Shown: positions 21,694 through 31,189 of the stretch, piece after piece | Numbering within the stretch: position 1 is the first letter of the stretch | Layout: each line of letters starts with the position of its first letter | Origin: Bacillales bacterium UBA2753 | Lineage (GTDB): Bacteria; Bacillota_I; Bacilli_A; RFN20; CAG-826 | Direction of reading: 5' to 3' | Length of the DNA: 53,903 nt | NCBI GenBank assembly: GCA_002353275.1 | Contig: DEJH01000008.1 | Location: forward strand, 1-53,903 | Program-made: the position numbers and the translations under genes | Notes under the pieces: model-generated | The model's input: only the letters and a program-made list of their open reading frames with translations | The model's database searches: none | What the model was told of the DNA's origin: nothing

Positions 21694-21840
21694 TTATTTA
21701 CTAGCTTTGTGAAGAGTTTGTTTATTGCAGTTTTTGCAATATTTCATTAACTCTAATTTTTTGCTACTTTCTTTATTTACTGTTGTTACATAGTTTCGTG
21801 ATAGACACTCGGAGCAAATCAAAAGAACTTTTTCTCTCAT
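21694..21840 (-). CDS. rpmG: 50S ribosomal protein L33 (Zn-ribbon, 48 aa; not in ORF track)
   Basis: [48 protein letters not shown]; GGAGG RBS. Confidence 0.95.
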   Translation of the reverse strand: MREKVLLICSECLSRNYVTTVNKESSKKLELMKYCKNCNKQTLHKASK

Positions 21841-21986
21841 GTTGACCTCCCTATGTAATTTTCAGTGTAATTAATCTATCACTCATCTCTCCTTTTTGTA
21901 AATAAAATATTTTCAAAATAGTTATTCAAAAAAATAAAAAATGTGGATAAACCACAATTTTAATTGAATATTGAAGGTTAATAATC

Positions 21987-22466
21987 TTATTCGATGACTT
22001 TATCTTTTTTAAGGATATATAAAACAGAGATTGCGCTCATTCCAAAGATAGAGACCACCACCACAATAATGATTGCAGTAGATTGAGAAATCTTCTCTCC
22101 TTTATTATCTCTTTCTTCTTTATCTGGATAATATTTTTTCTTGAGTTCGGTGATTGCTTGAGCAGCACTAAAGGTATCTTCCCCGTATTTATATTCATTT
22201 AAATCCAGCTTTTCTTCGGCAGAGAGTTTATTATATAAACCTAAAAGTTCATCACAATCTTCTTTTGAAATATCACAAATAGATTCAGGATATTTAATTC
22301 TAAATTGATCATAAGCATTTATGAAATTATCATAATCGACACTTGTAGCGGCTTTCACTTCAATAACATTATTGTCACTACTAAAAGAGTTATTGGTAGC
22401 GATTAGACTAACGCCAATAAATAAGACTGGTAATAATAAAGCGAGCAATAATTTTCTTAATTTCAT
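21987..22466 (-). CDS. Secreted, C-terminally TM-anchored small helical protein
   Basis: Signal peptide ending EVKAA, short Cys-containing helical domain, C-terminal TM and KKDK tail. Confidence 0.7.
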   Translation of the reverse strand: MKLRKLLLALLLPVLFIGVSLIATNNSFSSDNNVIEVKAATSVDYDNFINAYDQFRIKYPESICDISKEDCDELLGLYNKLSAEEKLDLNEYKYGEDTFSAAQAITELKKKYYPDKEERDNKGEKISQSTAIIIVVVVSIFGMSAISVLYILKKDKVIE

Positions 22467-22483
22467 ATAAGTTAGTAGGTTAT

Positions 22484-22933
22484 TTATTCACCTTTATCCA
22501 TTTCTCGATCCAAATCTCTTTTTTTAATGGTCTCTCTTTTATCATATAACTTTTTGCCTTTAGCGAGAGCAATTTCTACTTTAGCTTTACCTTTAGATAG
22601 ATAAATTTTAGTGGCTACTACAGTGAAACCACCTTGTTTCATCTTTTGTTCAAACCAGAGTATTTCTTTCTTATGGAGAAGAAGCCTTCTATTTCTTAAT
22701 GGGTCGTGATTAAAAAGATTACCATGGTCATAAGGCTTAATATACATATTAATGATTTCAGCGTTACCGTTTCTTATCACCACATAAGCGTCTCCAATTG
22801 TCGCCCCATTAACGCGTAATGATTTGATTTCAGTTCCTTTTAATTCAATTCCACATTCAGTGAATTCAGAGAGGAAATAATTAAAGAAAGCCTTTTTATT
22901 AGAGGCAATTATTTTAATTCCGCTAGATTTCAT
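22484..22933 (-). CDS. smpB: SsrA-binding protein
   Basis: NKKAFFNY, GTEIKSLR and GKKLYDKRE motifs. Confidence 0.98.
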   Translation of the reverse strand: MKSSGIKIIASNKKAFFNYFLSEFTECGIELKGTEIKSLRVNGATIGDAYVVIRNGNAEIINMYIKPYDHGNLFNHDPLRNRRLLLHKKEILWFEQKMKQGGFTVVATKIYLSKGKAKVEIALAKGKKLYDKRETIKKRDLDREMDKGE

Positions 22934-25028
22934 AAGGCTCCTCCAGTCGATCTCTGATGACGTTATGCTTTAAATAGAATAAATCGATATCTCGATTAAA
23001 CTCCACTATTTCTTTTAGATCCTTATCTTTAGATATTAATGTTGTCGCGTTAAAGATAACTAAGAATAAGACGATTAATAAAATAACAGTTAATGGAGAG
23101 AAAGCAATGATAAACCCTCTAACACAAATTAGAAGAATATATGCTCCTCCAATAATAACGATAGAAGGCCACACCATTTTAAAAGTCTTAAAGATATTTG
23201 AATATAAAGCGAAAGAACCCTGATATTTTTGTGAATATAGTAATATACACGCTAAAGAAGTCATAACCATAATCACAAAGATAATCCATTCAAATCCATT
23301 CACTAAAGAGATTGATGGAATTAACATCAATAAAGAGAAAACTAAGCTTGGAATAGAATATATCGCAGTAAAGATAATCATCCTAATAGCGAAGTCTTTA
23401 AAATTTCCTTTCTTCGCCAATAATCCAGCGATATATGGAACAGTAAATAACGCTAATAAACAAGCAATAAAAGCAGATAGTAAAGCGGTATTCATCTCTT
23501 TTACTGTCACATATTCAACAACGAAGAATAAAGATGAGACGGCTAAAGTAATTGATAAGAAGAATCTAGTGACATATTTCACCACTAATTCTGGAGATAA
23601 GAAACTTATTTCTTTATTGAAATCAATCACATCATTAACGATCTCAGTCTCTTTTAAGTGTTTATAATTATTAAACACAGGTAGATAGAATAATATTCCA
23701 ATTAACATTCCTTGAGCGCTTGGAATAAAGGCAATAATTGATTCACTCATCGCATAAGAGAAATAAGCCACTCCGAGTAAAAGAAAAATTAAAGCGAAGC
23801 GATAATGCTTCTTCATTAATTTAATTAGCATATAGAAATAATAGCCAATAAAGAAAGCATAAACTAATAAACCAATAATGCCAAAGTCCATGAATAATTG
23901 AACGAATCCATTATGGGCAGATAGTGAATAATTTTTGATTACTGTGTGATGCGTGTCATAAACCATTCCACCAATCACTCTATTAGTATTATTAAGTCCT
24001 AAACCAAAAATCATTTGTAAAGGATGGCTTCCCATAAAGTTACCACATTCACCCCAAGTGACAGTTCTTTTGGTGATTGTTTTGAAATCCGAATTAGATA
24101 AAGCTTCATACATGAAGCGACAGAAATGGCTTAAAACCGGAATATCATATCCTTGAGCAAGACAGAAAAGCACTGTAATAGTCACTAAAGGAATAACGTA
24201 TGCAAATAATTTTAAATAGGCGAATTTCTTCTTCTCTTTGAAGTTAACAAAGATCTCAAAGGCAAAATATATAGCAACCGTAGTTAATGAAATAATGGTT
24301 CCACTAATAGAATTAACAAATATTTGGATAATACAGAATCCAACCATTGAGATATAAGAAAGCGGATTCTTTTTAAAATAATTAAGTCCAATAGCAGAGG
24401 CTATTCCCATAAGAAGCATTCCACTATACATATTGGAATTCATGAAAATTGATTTAATGATTGAGAATTTATGAGGTTCAACTACATTCCTATTAGCGAT
24501 GTATTCATAAATTGAATATTCCTTGATAACGGAATAAATCGTAATTCCTAAAACAAATAAGACTACCGCTAAAAAAATGTATTTAAGTCTCTTAAGAGAT
24601 GGGTTGTTTTTATTGAAATAAGTAAAAGCACAATAAATGCTTAAAGCGTAAAGAAATAACGTTAATATATGTCTAAATTTATTCCATCCATCAATTACCA
24701 AATCAGGTATAGGATGAACTGTATTAAAATGCATCCCATCAAAAAGAATAACTCCAATAGTGACTGTTAAAAACAAAGTAGCAATTGGAATTAAAACCTT
24801 AAGGTTGATTTTGGATTTGTTATATATTGCTTCATAAATGATAAGAGCAGCATAACTAAATAAAGCGATAAAAAATGTGAGGAAAAAATATGAGTTATCC
24901 ATCCCAAAAGTCATGAGTGGATTAGCGTCATTTGGAGCAAAGAAAGATAAGTTCTCAAACAAAAGAATAGAAGCAACCACTCCTACTAAAAAGAAGATAT
25001 TAGTGAATGTAAATCTTAATTTACCCAT
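22923..25028 (-). CDS. O-antigen ligase/Wzy-like polytopic membrane protein with an extra C-terminal TM block (start likely 25028)
   Basis: Many TMs; NSNMY, R...W..., FGLG and SAHNGFVQLFMDFGIIGL motifs. Confidence 0.7.
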   Translation of the reverse strand: MGKLRFTFTNIFFLVGVVASILLFENLSFFAPNDANPLMTFGMDNSYFFLTFFIALFSYAALIIYEAIYNKSKINLKVLIPIATLFLTVTIGVILFDGMHFNTVHPIPDLVIDGWNKFRHILTLFLYALSIYCAFTYFNKNNPSLKRLKYIFLAVVLFVLGITIYSVIKEYSIYEYIANRNVVEPHKFSIIKSIFMNSNMYSGMLLMGIASAIGLNYFKKNPLSYISMVGFCIIQIFVNSISGTIISLTTVAIYFAFEIFVNFKEKKKFAYLKLFAYVIPLVTITVLFCLAQGYDIPVLSHFCRFMYEALSNSDFKTITKRTVTWGECGNFMGSHPLQMIFGLGLNNTNRVIGGMVYDTHHTVIKNYSLSAHNGFVQLFMDFGIIGLLVYAFFIGYYFYMLIKLMKKHYRFALIFLLLGVAYFSYAMSESIIAFIPSAQGMLIGILFYLPVFNNYKHLKETEIVNDVIDFNKEISFLSPELVVKYVTRFFLSITLAVSSLFFVVEYVTVKEMNTALLSAFIACLLALFTVPYIAGLLAKKGNFKDFAIRMIIFTAIYSIPSLVFSLLMLIPSISLVNGFEWIIFVIMVMTSLACILLYSQKYQGSFALYSNIFKTFKMVWPSIVIIGGAYILLICVRGFIIAFSPLTVILLIVLFLVIFNATTLISKDKDLKEIVEFNRDIDLFYLKHNVIRDRLEEPYEI

Positions 25029-25103
25029 TTGAATATACATTATAGGGGGAAAGTTAGTAATTGTCTAATGATAATAAGACAATAAGTGGTAAAATAGATA
25101 AGC

Positions 25104-25760
25104 ATGAAAAAGAAATTACTGATTTTTGATTTAGATGGAACATTAATAAGCACTTTAGAAGACCTTAATAAAGCGACTAATGTTGGTTTAGAAAAATATG
25201 GTTATCCATCTAGAAGCTTAGAAGAAACTCGTAACGATATCGGTAATGGAGTGAAAAAGCTAATTGAAAGAAGTATTCCTGGTGGAAAAGATAACCCAGA
25301 TTATTTAGGAGTCTTTAACGAATTTAGAAGTTACTATATCACCCACTATTCCGAATACTCAAAGCCATACAAAAACACGCAAGAAACCCTCTCTTTTTTG
25401 AAAAATAAGGGGTATAAGCTTGCTGTTGTTTCGAATAAATTTGATGAAGGTGCTAAAAAATTAGTGACTACTTTCTTTCCTAATATTTTCGATGCGATAC
25501 AAGGATCAATAGACACTCTTAACTATAAGCCTTATCCAGACTTAGTTAATAAGGTATTAAATGAATTAAATATCGATAATAAAGATGCTTTATATATCGG
25601 TGATACCGAAGTCGATTACGAAACCGCAATTAATTCTAAGTTAGATGTTGTCTTAGTGACTTATGGATATCGTAAAAAAGAAGAATTAATAGAGAAAATA
25701 AAAAATCCACCTTTGTTTATTAATGACATCAGCGGATTAATAGATTATTTAAGCAAGTAA
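25104..25760 (+). CDS. HAD-family hydrolase (phosphoglycolate phosphatase-like)
   Basis: FDLDGTL, VSNK, KP.P and IGDTEVD motifs. Confidence 0.9.
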   Translation: MKKKLLIFDLDGTLISTLEDLNKATNVGLEKYGYPSRSLEETRNDIGNGVKKLIERSIPGGKDNPDYLGVFNEFRSYYITHYSEYSKPYKNTQETLSFLKNKGYKLAVVSNKFDEGAKKLVTTFFPNIFDAIQGSIDTLNYKPYPDLVNKVLNELNIDNKDALYIGDTEVDYETAINSKLDVVLVTYGYRKKEELIEKIKNPPLFINDISGLIDYLSK

Positions 25761-26234
25761 TTCAGCGACCTTTTGATCAACTTTGTCTCTATCGACATTA
25801 AACGATAACGCTAATTCGTCAAATAAGACCTTTTCAGCGTCTTTTAACATCTGTAAGTCAGTTGGACCAAGTTTCACGACTTGACCAATCGAATTATAAT
25901 AATTAAAGAAATATAATTGTCTAGATAAATAAGCGAGATCTAAGACATTACCAGAAAGAAGACGTTTACGATATTGGTCTCTTCTTTGTTTGGTGTTAGA
26001 GATGAATTCAGCTTTCACTGTCTTCATATATTCCACCACTTTCATTCCTTCTTCTAAGGACATAATTGGGCGAATAATGTTTTCAGTTCTCTCTTTCAAT
26101 ACATAAATATTTTCGCGTTCACCTTTATCGGCAACCACAACATAATATTCACGATCCATCATCGTTGTAATATTCGTAATTGTAGATAAACCTTCTCTAG
26201 CGTGAACTACACGATCATTAATTTTGTATTCCAT
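25749..26234 (-). CDS. CarD family transcription factor
   Basis: YKINDRVVHAREGLSTI N-terminal RID plus helical CTD (LLSG...DELAL). Confidence 0.8.
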   Translation of the reverse strand: MEYKINDRVVHAREGLSTITNITTMMDREYYVVVADKGERENIYVLKERTENIIRPIMSLEEGMKVVEYMKTVKAEFISNTKQRRDQYRKRLLSGNVLDLAYLSRQLYFFNYYNSIGQVVKLGPTDLQMLKDAEKVLFDELALSFNVDRDKVDQKVAELLA

Positions 26235-26328
26235 ATATTTATTATCTCAAAAAAAAGACAATTTCACAAATCGAAATCGTCAATTTCATTTTTCTAATAA
26301 AATAATAAGTTTGTTTTTATTAACAAAG

Positions 26329-26820
26329 TTAATAATTAGTGGCTTGTCTATTATGGTTTTCTTTTAATTTTAGATAATAAGCATCACGTGCTTCTTCCCA
26401 AGAATAACCTAATTTAAATAAGGCCACTAGATAAGAATAGAACATCTTTAAATAATTGGTTCTAGTTTGATCACAATAGAAAATAGAGGTTAATTCATAA
26501 GTTCTTAAAAGGTTATCAGTTAAACTATTTCCATCATCAAAAACTTCGATTGAATCTACTTCAAATCCTTGATCAATTCCTAAAGAAAGAAGAAAATGAA
26601 GTCCATCTGCAAATTCATCTAGCACTCTTTCTTTAGATTCGGCTTGTTTATTTGACCAATATTTAAATGTTCTGGTCGCATTAGCGAATTCACCAAGTTC
26701 AACGAGTAACGCTAAAGTACGTTTATTACGAGTAGAAGAATAAGAGACGCCGTGATTAACGGCAATCTCTTCATCTAATTCTCTTTGTTTCTTATATAAA
26801 TCGGTTAATATACAAAGCAT
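26329..26820 (-). CDS. Dimeric (all-alpha) dUTPase
   Basis: VELGEFAN, FKYWS, DEFADGLHFLLS and KLKENHNRQ motifs; start likely 1 nt after the glgP stop. Confidence 0.85.
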   Translation of the reverse strand: MLCILTDLYKKQRELDEEIAVNHGVSYSSTRNKRTLALLVELGEFANATRTFKYWSNKQAESKERVLDEFADGLHFLLSLGIDQGFEVDSIEVFDDGNSLTDNLLRTYELTSIFYCDQTRTNYLKMFYSYLVALFKLGYSWEEARDAYYLKLKENHNRQATNY

Positions 26821-26821
26821 A

Positions 26822-29227
26822 TTAATCAAGTTTCTCTAATTTCCAAATATCTCTAACGTATTCTTTAATCGTTCTATCGCTAGAGAAATATCCACTATTA
26901 GCGATATTCATTAAAGCCATCTTTGCCCATTTCATCTTATCTTGATATAAGGAAGCGGCTTTTTCTTGAGCTTCGATATAGCTTGGTAAATCTTTAAGAA
27001 TGAAATATTGGTCATTATTATTGAATATTTCATCAAAGATCATTCTAAATTTATCGCGACGGTAATTAGTCCAGGCTCCATCAAATAAGCTATCCATAAT
27101 CGCTTTAATTCTCATATCGGAATTATACATATCCCAAGGGGAATAGGTGCCGTTTTGATAGAATTCTTCAACTTCGTTAGCTTTTAATCCAAAGATAATC
27201 GCGTTTTCTTCACCAGCGTTTTGAACAATTTCAATATTCGCTCCATCTAAAGTTCCTAAAGTAATTGCACCATTCATCATGAACTTCATATTTGAAGTAC
27301 CACTAGCTTCTTTTCCAGCGGTAGAAATTTGTTCAGAGATATCGGCAGCAGGAATGATTAATTCCGCTAAAGAAACCCCGTAATTCTCGATAAATACGAC
27401 TTTTAGATATGGAGATATTTCTGGATCATTATTCACAACTTCAGCTACCGCTAAAATTAATTCAATAATCTTTTTAGCGTAAACATAGCTTGGAGCCGCT
27501 TTTGCGCCAAAGATATAAGTATGTGGATAGATTCTAAATGAAGGATCTGACTTCATTCTTTGATATAAATAGATAATATGGAAGACATTCATTAATTGAC
27601 GTTTATAAGCATGTAAACGTTTAATTTGAACATCAAAGATTGAATTAACATCAACTTCAATTCCATTATGCTCTTTAATATAAGCAGCAAGTTTCTTTTT
27701 ATTCTCAAGCTTGATATCGATGAGTTCTTTAAGGACTTTTTCATCATTTTGATATTTTTCAAATCCTTTAATCTTATCCATATCAGTAATCCATTCTTCA
27801 CCGATCTTACTAGAGATAAGAGAGGATAGTCTTGGATTAGAATTAACTAACCATCTACGATGAGTGACACCATTGGTCTTGTTATTAAATTTTTGAGGCA
27901 TATATTTATAGAATTCTTTAAAAGTAATGTTTTTAAGAATTTCAGTATGTAATGCCGCAACACCATTAACTGAGAAGGCGGTATAAATCGCTAAATTGGT
28001 CATATGAATTTGACCATCTTTAATGATATTCATCGCATGTCTATCCCATTCGCTGACGCCATTATTAACCATTTCAATATTAAATCTACGATTAATTTCT
28101 TCAATGATCATGTAACAACGTGGAATTAAATGTTGAACATAATTAATTGGCCACTTTTCAAGAGCTTCCACCATCACAGTGTGATTGGTATAAGCCATAC
28201 ATTGAGTGACTTCTTTCCAAGCATCATCCCACTCCATATCATATTCATCAAGCATGATTCTCATCATTTCAGGAATTGCTAAAATTGGGTGAGTGTCATT
28301 GAGTTGGAAAACATATTCATTATGGATACCGATTAATGTTCCATGGTGTCTATAATATGAATTTAAGGCACTTTGTAAACCAGCGGAGACTAAGAAATAT
28401 TGTTGTCTAAGTCTTAAGATACGTCCTGCTTCGGTTGAATCATCTGGATATAAGCCGTGGCATAACTCTTCTAGAGCCACACAATAATCACTAAAGGAGG
28501 TTGATTTTGGAAGAGGCTTACTACTAGGTTCAGCGTTCCATAATCTTAATGTATTAGTGACGTTATTACGATATCCAATAACAGGCATATCATATGGTAC
28601 CGCTCTAACGATTAAAGCGTCAGCGGTTTTAATACCAAAAGTACCATCTTTCTTTTGATAACTTTCAGGATGTCCATAGAATTTAACTTCGACGGCGTAT
28701 TTTGCTCTTCTAACTTCCCAAACGTTACCATTAGTTAACCATTGATCTGGTAATTCTTTTTGTTTGCCATCGGCAATCTTTTGTCTAAAAAAACCATAAG
28801 CATATCTAATACAGTTACCGTGACCAATATAACCTAAAGAAGCAATTGAATCTAAGAAACAGGCCGCAAGTCGACCTAAACCACCGTTACCAAGACCAGC
28901 GTCACTTTCTTCGTTTTCTAATGTATTAATATCAATTCCAAGTTCATCTAAACCTTCTTTAATCACTTTATATATGCCGAGGTTTTGAATGTTATTATTC
29001 ATTAATCTTCCGATTAAAAACTCCATTGAGAAATAGATTAAAGTGCGTTTCTTTCCTAAAGTGGACTCCATATGAGTCTTGCTCCAGTCAACGTTAGCGT
29101 AATCTCTAATCATTTCTCCTAAGATGGTGTATTGTTCGTTAGGACAGCTGTCCTTCACTTCAACACCATATCTTTGAAGTAAACGGGCTTGAAATTCTGT
29201 TTTAAAATCTTTTTTTGAATCAAACAT
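26822..29227 (-). CDS. glgP: Glycogen/maltodextrin phosphorylase (GT35)
   Basis: GLGNGGLGRLAACF, QLNDTHP and KEASGTSNMK (PLP Lys) motifs. Confidence 0.97.
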   Translation of the reverse strand: MFDSKKDFKTEFQARLLQRYGVEVKDSCPNEQYTILGEMIRDYANVDWSKTHMESTLGKKRTLIYFSMEFLIGRLMNNNIQNLGIYKVIKEGLDELGIDINTLENEESDAGLGNGGLGRLAACFLDSIASLGYIGHGNCIRYAYGFFRQKIADGKQKELPDQWLTNGNVWEVRRAKYAVEVKFYGHPESYQKKDGTFGIKTADALIVRAVPYDMPVIGYRNNVTNTLRLWNAEPSSKPLPKSTSFSDYCVALEELCHGLYPDDSTEAGRILRLRQQYFLVSAGLQSALNSYYRHHGTLIGIHNEYVFQLNDTHPILAIPEMMRIMLDEYDMEWDDAWKEVTQCMAYTNHTVMVEALEKWPINYVQHLIPRCYMIIEEINRRFNIEMVNNGVSEWDRHAMNIIKDGQIHMTNLAIYTAFSVNGVAALHTEILKNITFKEFYKYMPQKFNNKTNGVTHRRWLVNSNPRLSSLISSKIGEEWITDMDKIKGFEKYQNDEKVLKELIDIKLENKKKLAAYIKEHNGIEVDVNSIFDVQIKRLHAYKRQLMNVFHIIYLYQRMKSDPSFRIYPHTYIFGAKAAPSYVYAKKIIELILAVAEVVNNDPEISPYLKVVFIENYGVSLAELIIPAADISEQISTAGKEASGTSNMKFMMNGAITLGTLDGANIEIVQNAGEENAIIFGLKANEVEEFYQNGTYSPWDMYNSDMRIKAIMDSLFDGAWTNYRRDKFRMIFDEIFNNNDQYFILKDLPSYIEAQEKAASLYQDKMKWAKMALMNIANSGYFSSDRTIKEYVRDIWKLEKLD

Positions 29228-29244
29228 AATATTCAGTTCCTTTT

Positions 29245-31089
29245 CTATTTTTTACTTTTTTTAACCGCTTTTTTTACTGGTTCTTTATCTTTCATTCTGA
29301 AAATCATTGCTCCAAAAGAAGCAAGTTTAATGGTGATATAGCCAGCATAACTTCCTAAGGTCGCTCCATTATATTGGTTAGCGCCTCCATAGATATCTTT
29401 ATCACTATTAAAGATTTCTTCATATTCTCCTTCTTCTTCAACAGGAATACCAAATCCTTCATAGAAATTAGGAGTCATATTGTAGACGAAGATTAATCTT
29501 TCTCCTTTCACTCTACGAGTGAAGGCAAAAACAGAATCAGTACTATTATCAACGATTAACCATTTAAATCTCTCTGGATTATGTTCTTCAACATACATCG
29601 CTGGATGAGCGCGATAAATTAAGTTTAAATCGTGATATAAGCGAGCAATTGAATCATGAGCAGGGAATGATTTTAAATTCCATGGTAATGATTTATTTTC
29701 GTTCCATTCATCAAATGAACCGAATTCATTACCCATGAAGTTAAGTTTCTTTCCTGGGTGACCGAATTGATAAGTAATTAAGTTTCTTAATAACGCAAAC
29801 TTTTGATAATAATCTCCCCACATCTTATTTAAGAGTGTGCCTTTTCCATGTACCACTTCATCATGAGAGAATGGTAATAAGAAATTGTCACTATAAAAAT
29901 AAGCCATAGAGAAAGTTAATTTATTATGGTCGTATTTTTTATAAACAGGATCTAAAGCGTAATACTTAAGTGTGTCATTCATCCATCCTAAATCCCATTT
30001 ATAATCGAATCCTAAACCGACATCAGTGCCTTTAGTAACTCCAGGATAATCAGAACTATCTTCCGCAATCATCATCACTGAATTATGAGCAATATGCATC
30101 TTTCCATTAAGACGTTTGATAAATTCAATTGCTCCATCATTAGTGCCGTTACGTTTATCTCCGTTATAGAAGATGATATTACTAACTGCATCAATTCTAA
30201 TTCCATCCGCGTGATACATTTCAACAAAGAAATTAATCGCGCTCATTAAGAAAGAACGAACAGGATCTTTTCCTAAATCGAATTGATAACTTCCCCAAGG
30301 GGAAACACGATATTGGTTATTATATTCAAATAATGAATTACCATCATAATCCTTAAGAGCCCAGTTATCGTTAGCAAAATGAACTGGAGCAAAATCAATA
30401 ATGACACCGATTCCAGCTTGGTGGAGTCGATCTATTAAAGACATAAGTTGGAAAGGATTTCCATATCTTGGATCGCAACTATAAAAACCAGTTGCTTGAT
30501 ATCCCCAGCTTCCTAAAAATGGATGCATCATGATTGGCATGAATTCAACGTGGGTAAATCCCATTCCATTAATATAAGGAATTAATTCATCAGCGAGTTC
30601 TTCGTAAGATGAGAATCTGCCTTCGTGACTTTTAAGCCAGCTACCAACGTGCATCTCATAAATTGACATTGGTTTATCAAAATTACGAGTTCTCTCTTTT
30701 AAGAATTTATCGTCATGCCACTGAAAGCCTTTGATGTTAAATAAACGCGAACAAGTTCCTGGAGCAACTTCACTAAAAAACGCATATGGATCAATTTTGT
30801 CGACATACACTCCTTTCGCGTTTTTAAAGTGATATTTGTAGGATTGATAATTAGAGAGTCCTGGAATGAATAATTCATAGACACCACAATCATCGACTTT
30901 GTTCATTTTGTGACTATAGATATTCCAGTCATTGAAATCTCCAATGATTGAAACATCACTTGCCATAGGTGCGTATAGTCTAAAGACCACACCATCGACA
31001 TCGTCACGTTTTTCGAAATGAGCACCAAAGTAATTGAATGCATCAATGCTTTGTCCCATTAAATAGTCATAAAGTAATCCGAACGCCAT
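29245..31089 (-). CDS. glgB: 1,4-alpha-glucan branching enzyme (GH13_9)
   Basis: IYEMHVGSW, SWGYQ, DGIRIDAV, IAEDS, SHDEVVHGK and HPGKKLNFMG motifs. Confidence 0.96.
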   Translation of the reverse strand: MAFGLLYDYLMGQSIDAFNYFGAHFEKRDDVDGVVFRLYAPMASDVSIIGDFNDWNIYSHKMNKVDDCGVYELFIPGLSNYQSYKYHFKNAKGVYVDKIDPYAFFSEVAPGTCSRLFNIKGFQWHDDKFLKERTRNFDKPMSIYEMHVGSWLKSHEGRFSSYEELADELIPYINGMGFTHVEFMPIMMHPFLGSWGYQATGFYSCDPRYGNPFQLMSLIDRLHQAGIGVIIDFAPVHFANDNWALKDYDGNSLFEYNNQYRVSPWGSYQFDLGKDPVRSFLMSAINFFVEMYHADGIRIDAVSNIIFYNGDKRNGTNDGAIEFIKRLNGKMHIAHNSVMMIAEDSSDYPGVTKGTDVGLGFDYKWDLGWMNDTLKYYALDPVYKKYDHNKLTFSMAYFYSDNFLLPFSHDEVVHGKGTLLNKMWGDYYQKFALLRNLITYQFGHPGKKLNFMGNEFGSFDEWNENKSLPWNLKSFPAHDSIARLYHDLNLIYRAHPAMYVEEHNPERFKWLIVDNSTDSVFAFTRRVKGERLIFVYNMTPNFYEGFGIPVEEEGEYEEIFNSDKDIYGGANQYNGATLGSYAGYITIKLASFGAMIFRMKDKEPVKKAVKKSKK

Positions 31090-31141
31090 ACAAAATTATT
31101 ATATTATGATAATAATATTCTTGTGAATACAAAATAATGAA

Positions 31142-31168
31142 AAAGAAACAGCCTTATAGGCCGTTTCT
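31142..31168 (-). terminator. Terminator after malQ
   Basis: agaaacagcc/ggccgtttct stem with U-tract on the minus strand. Confidence 0.6.
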
Positions 31169-31189
31169 AATGATTATATTAATAATTTA

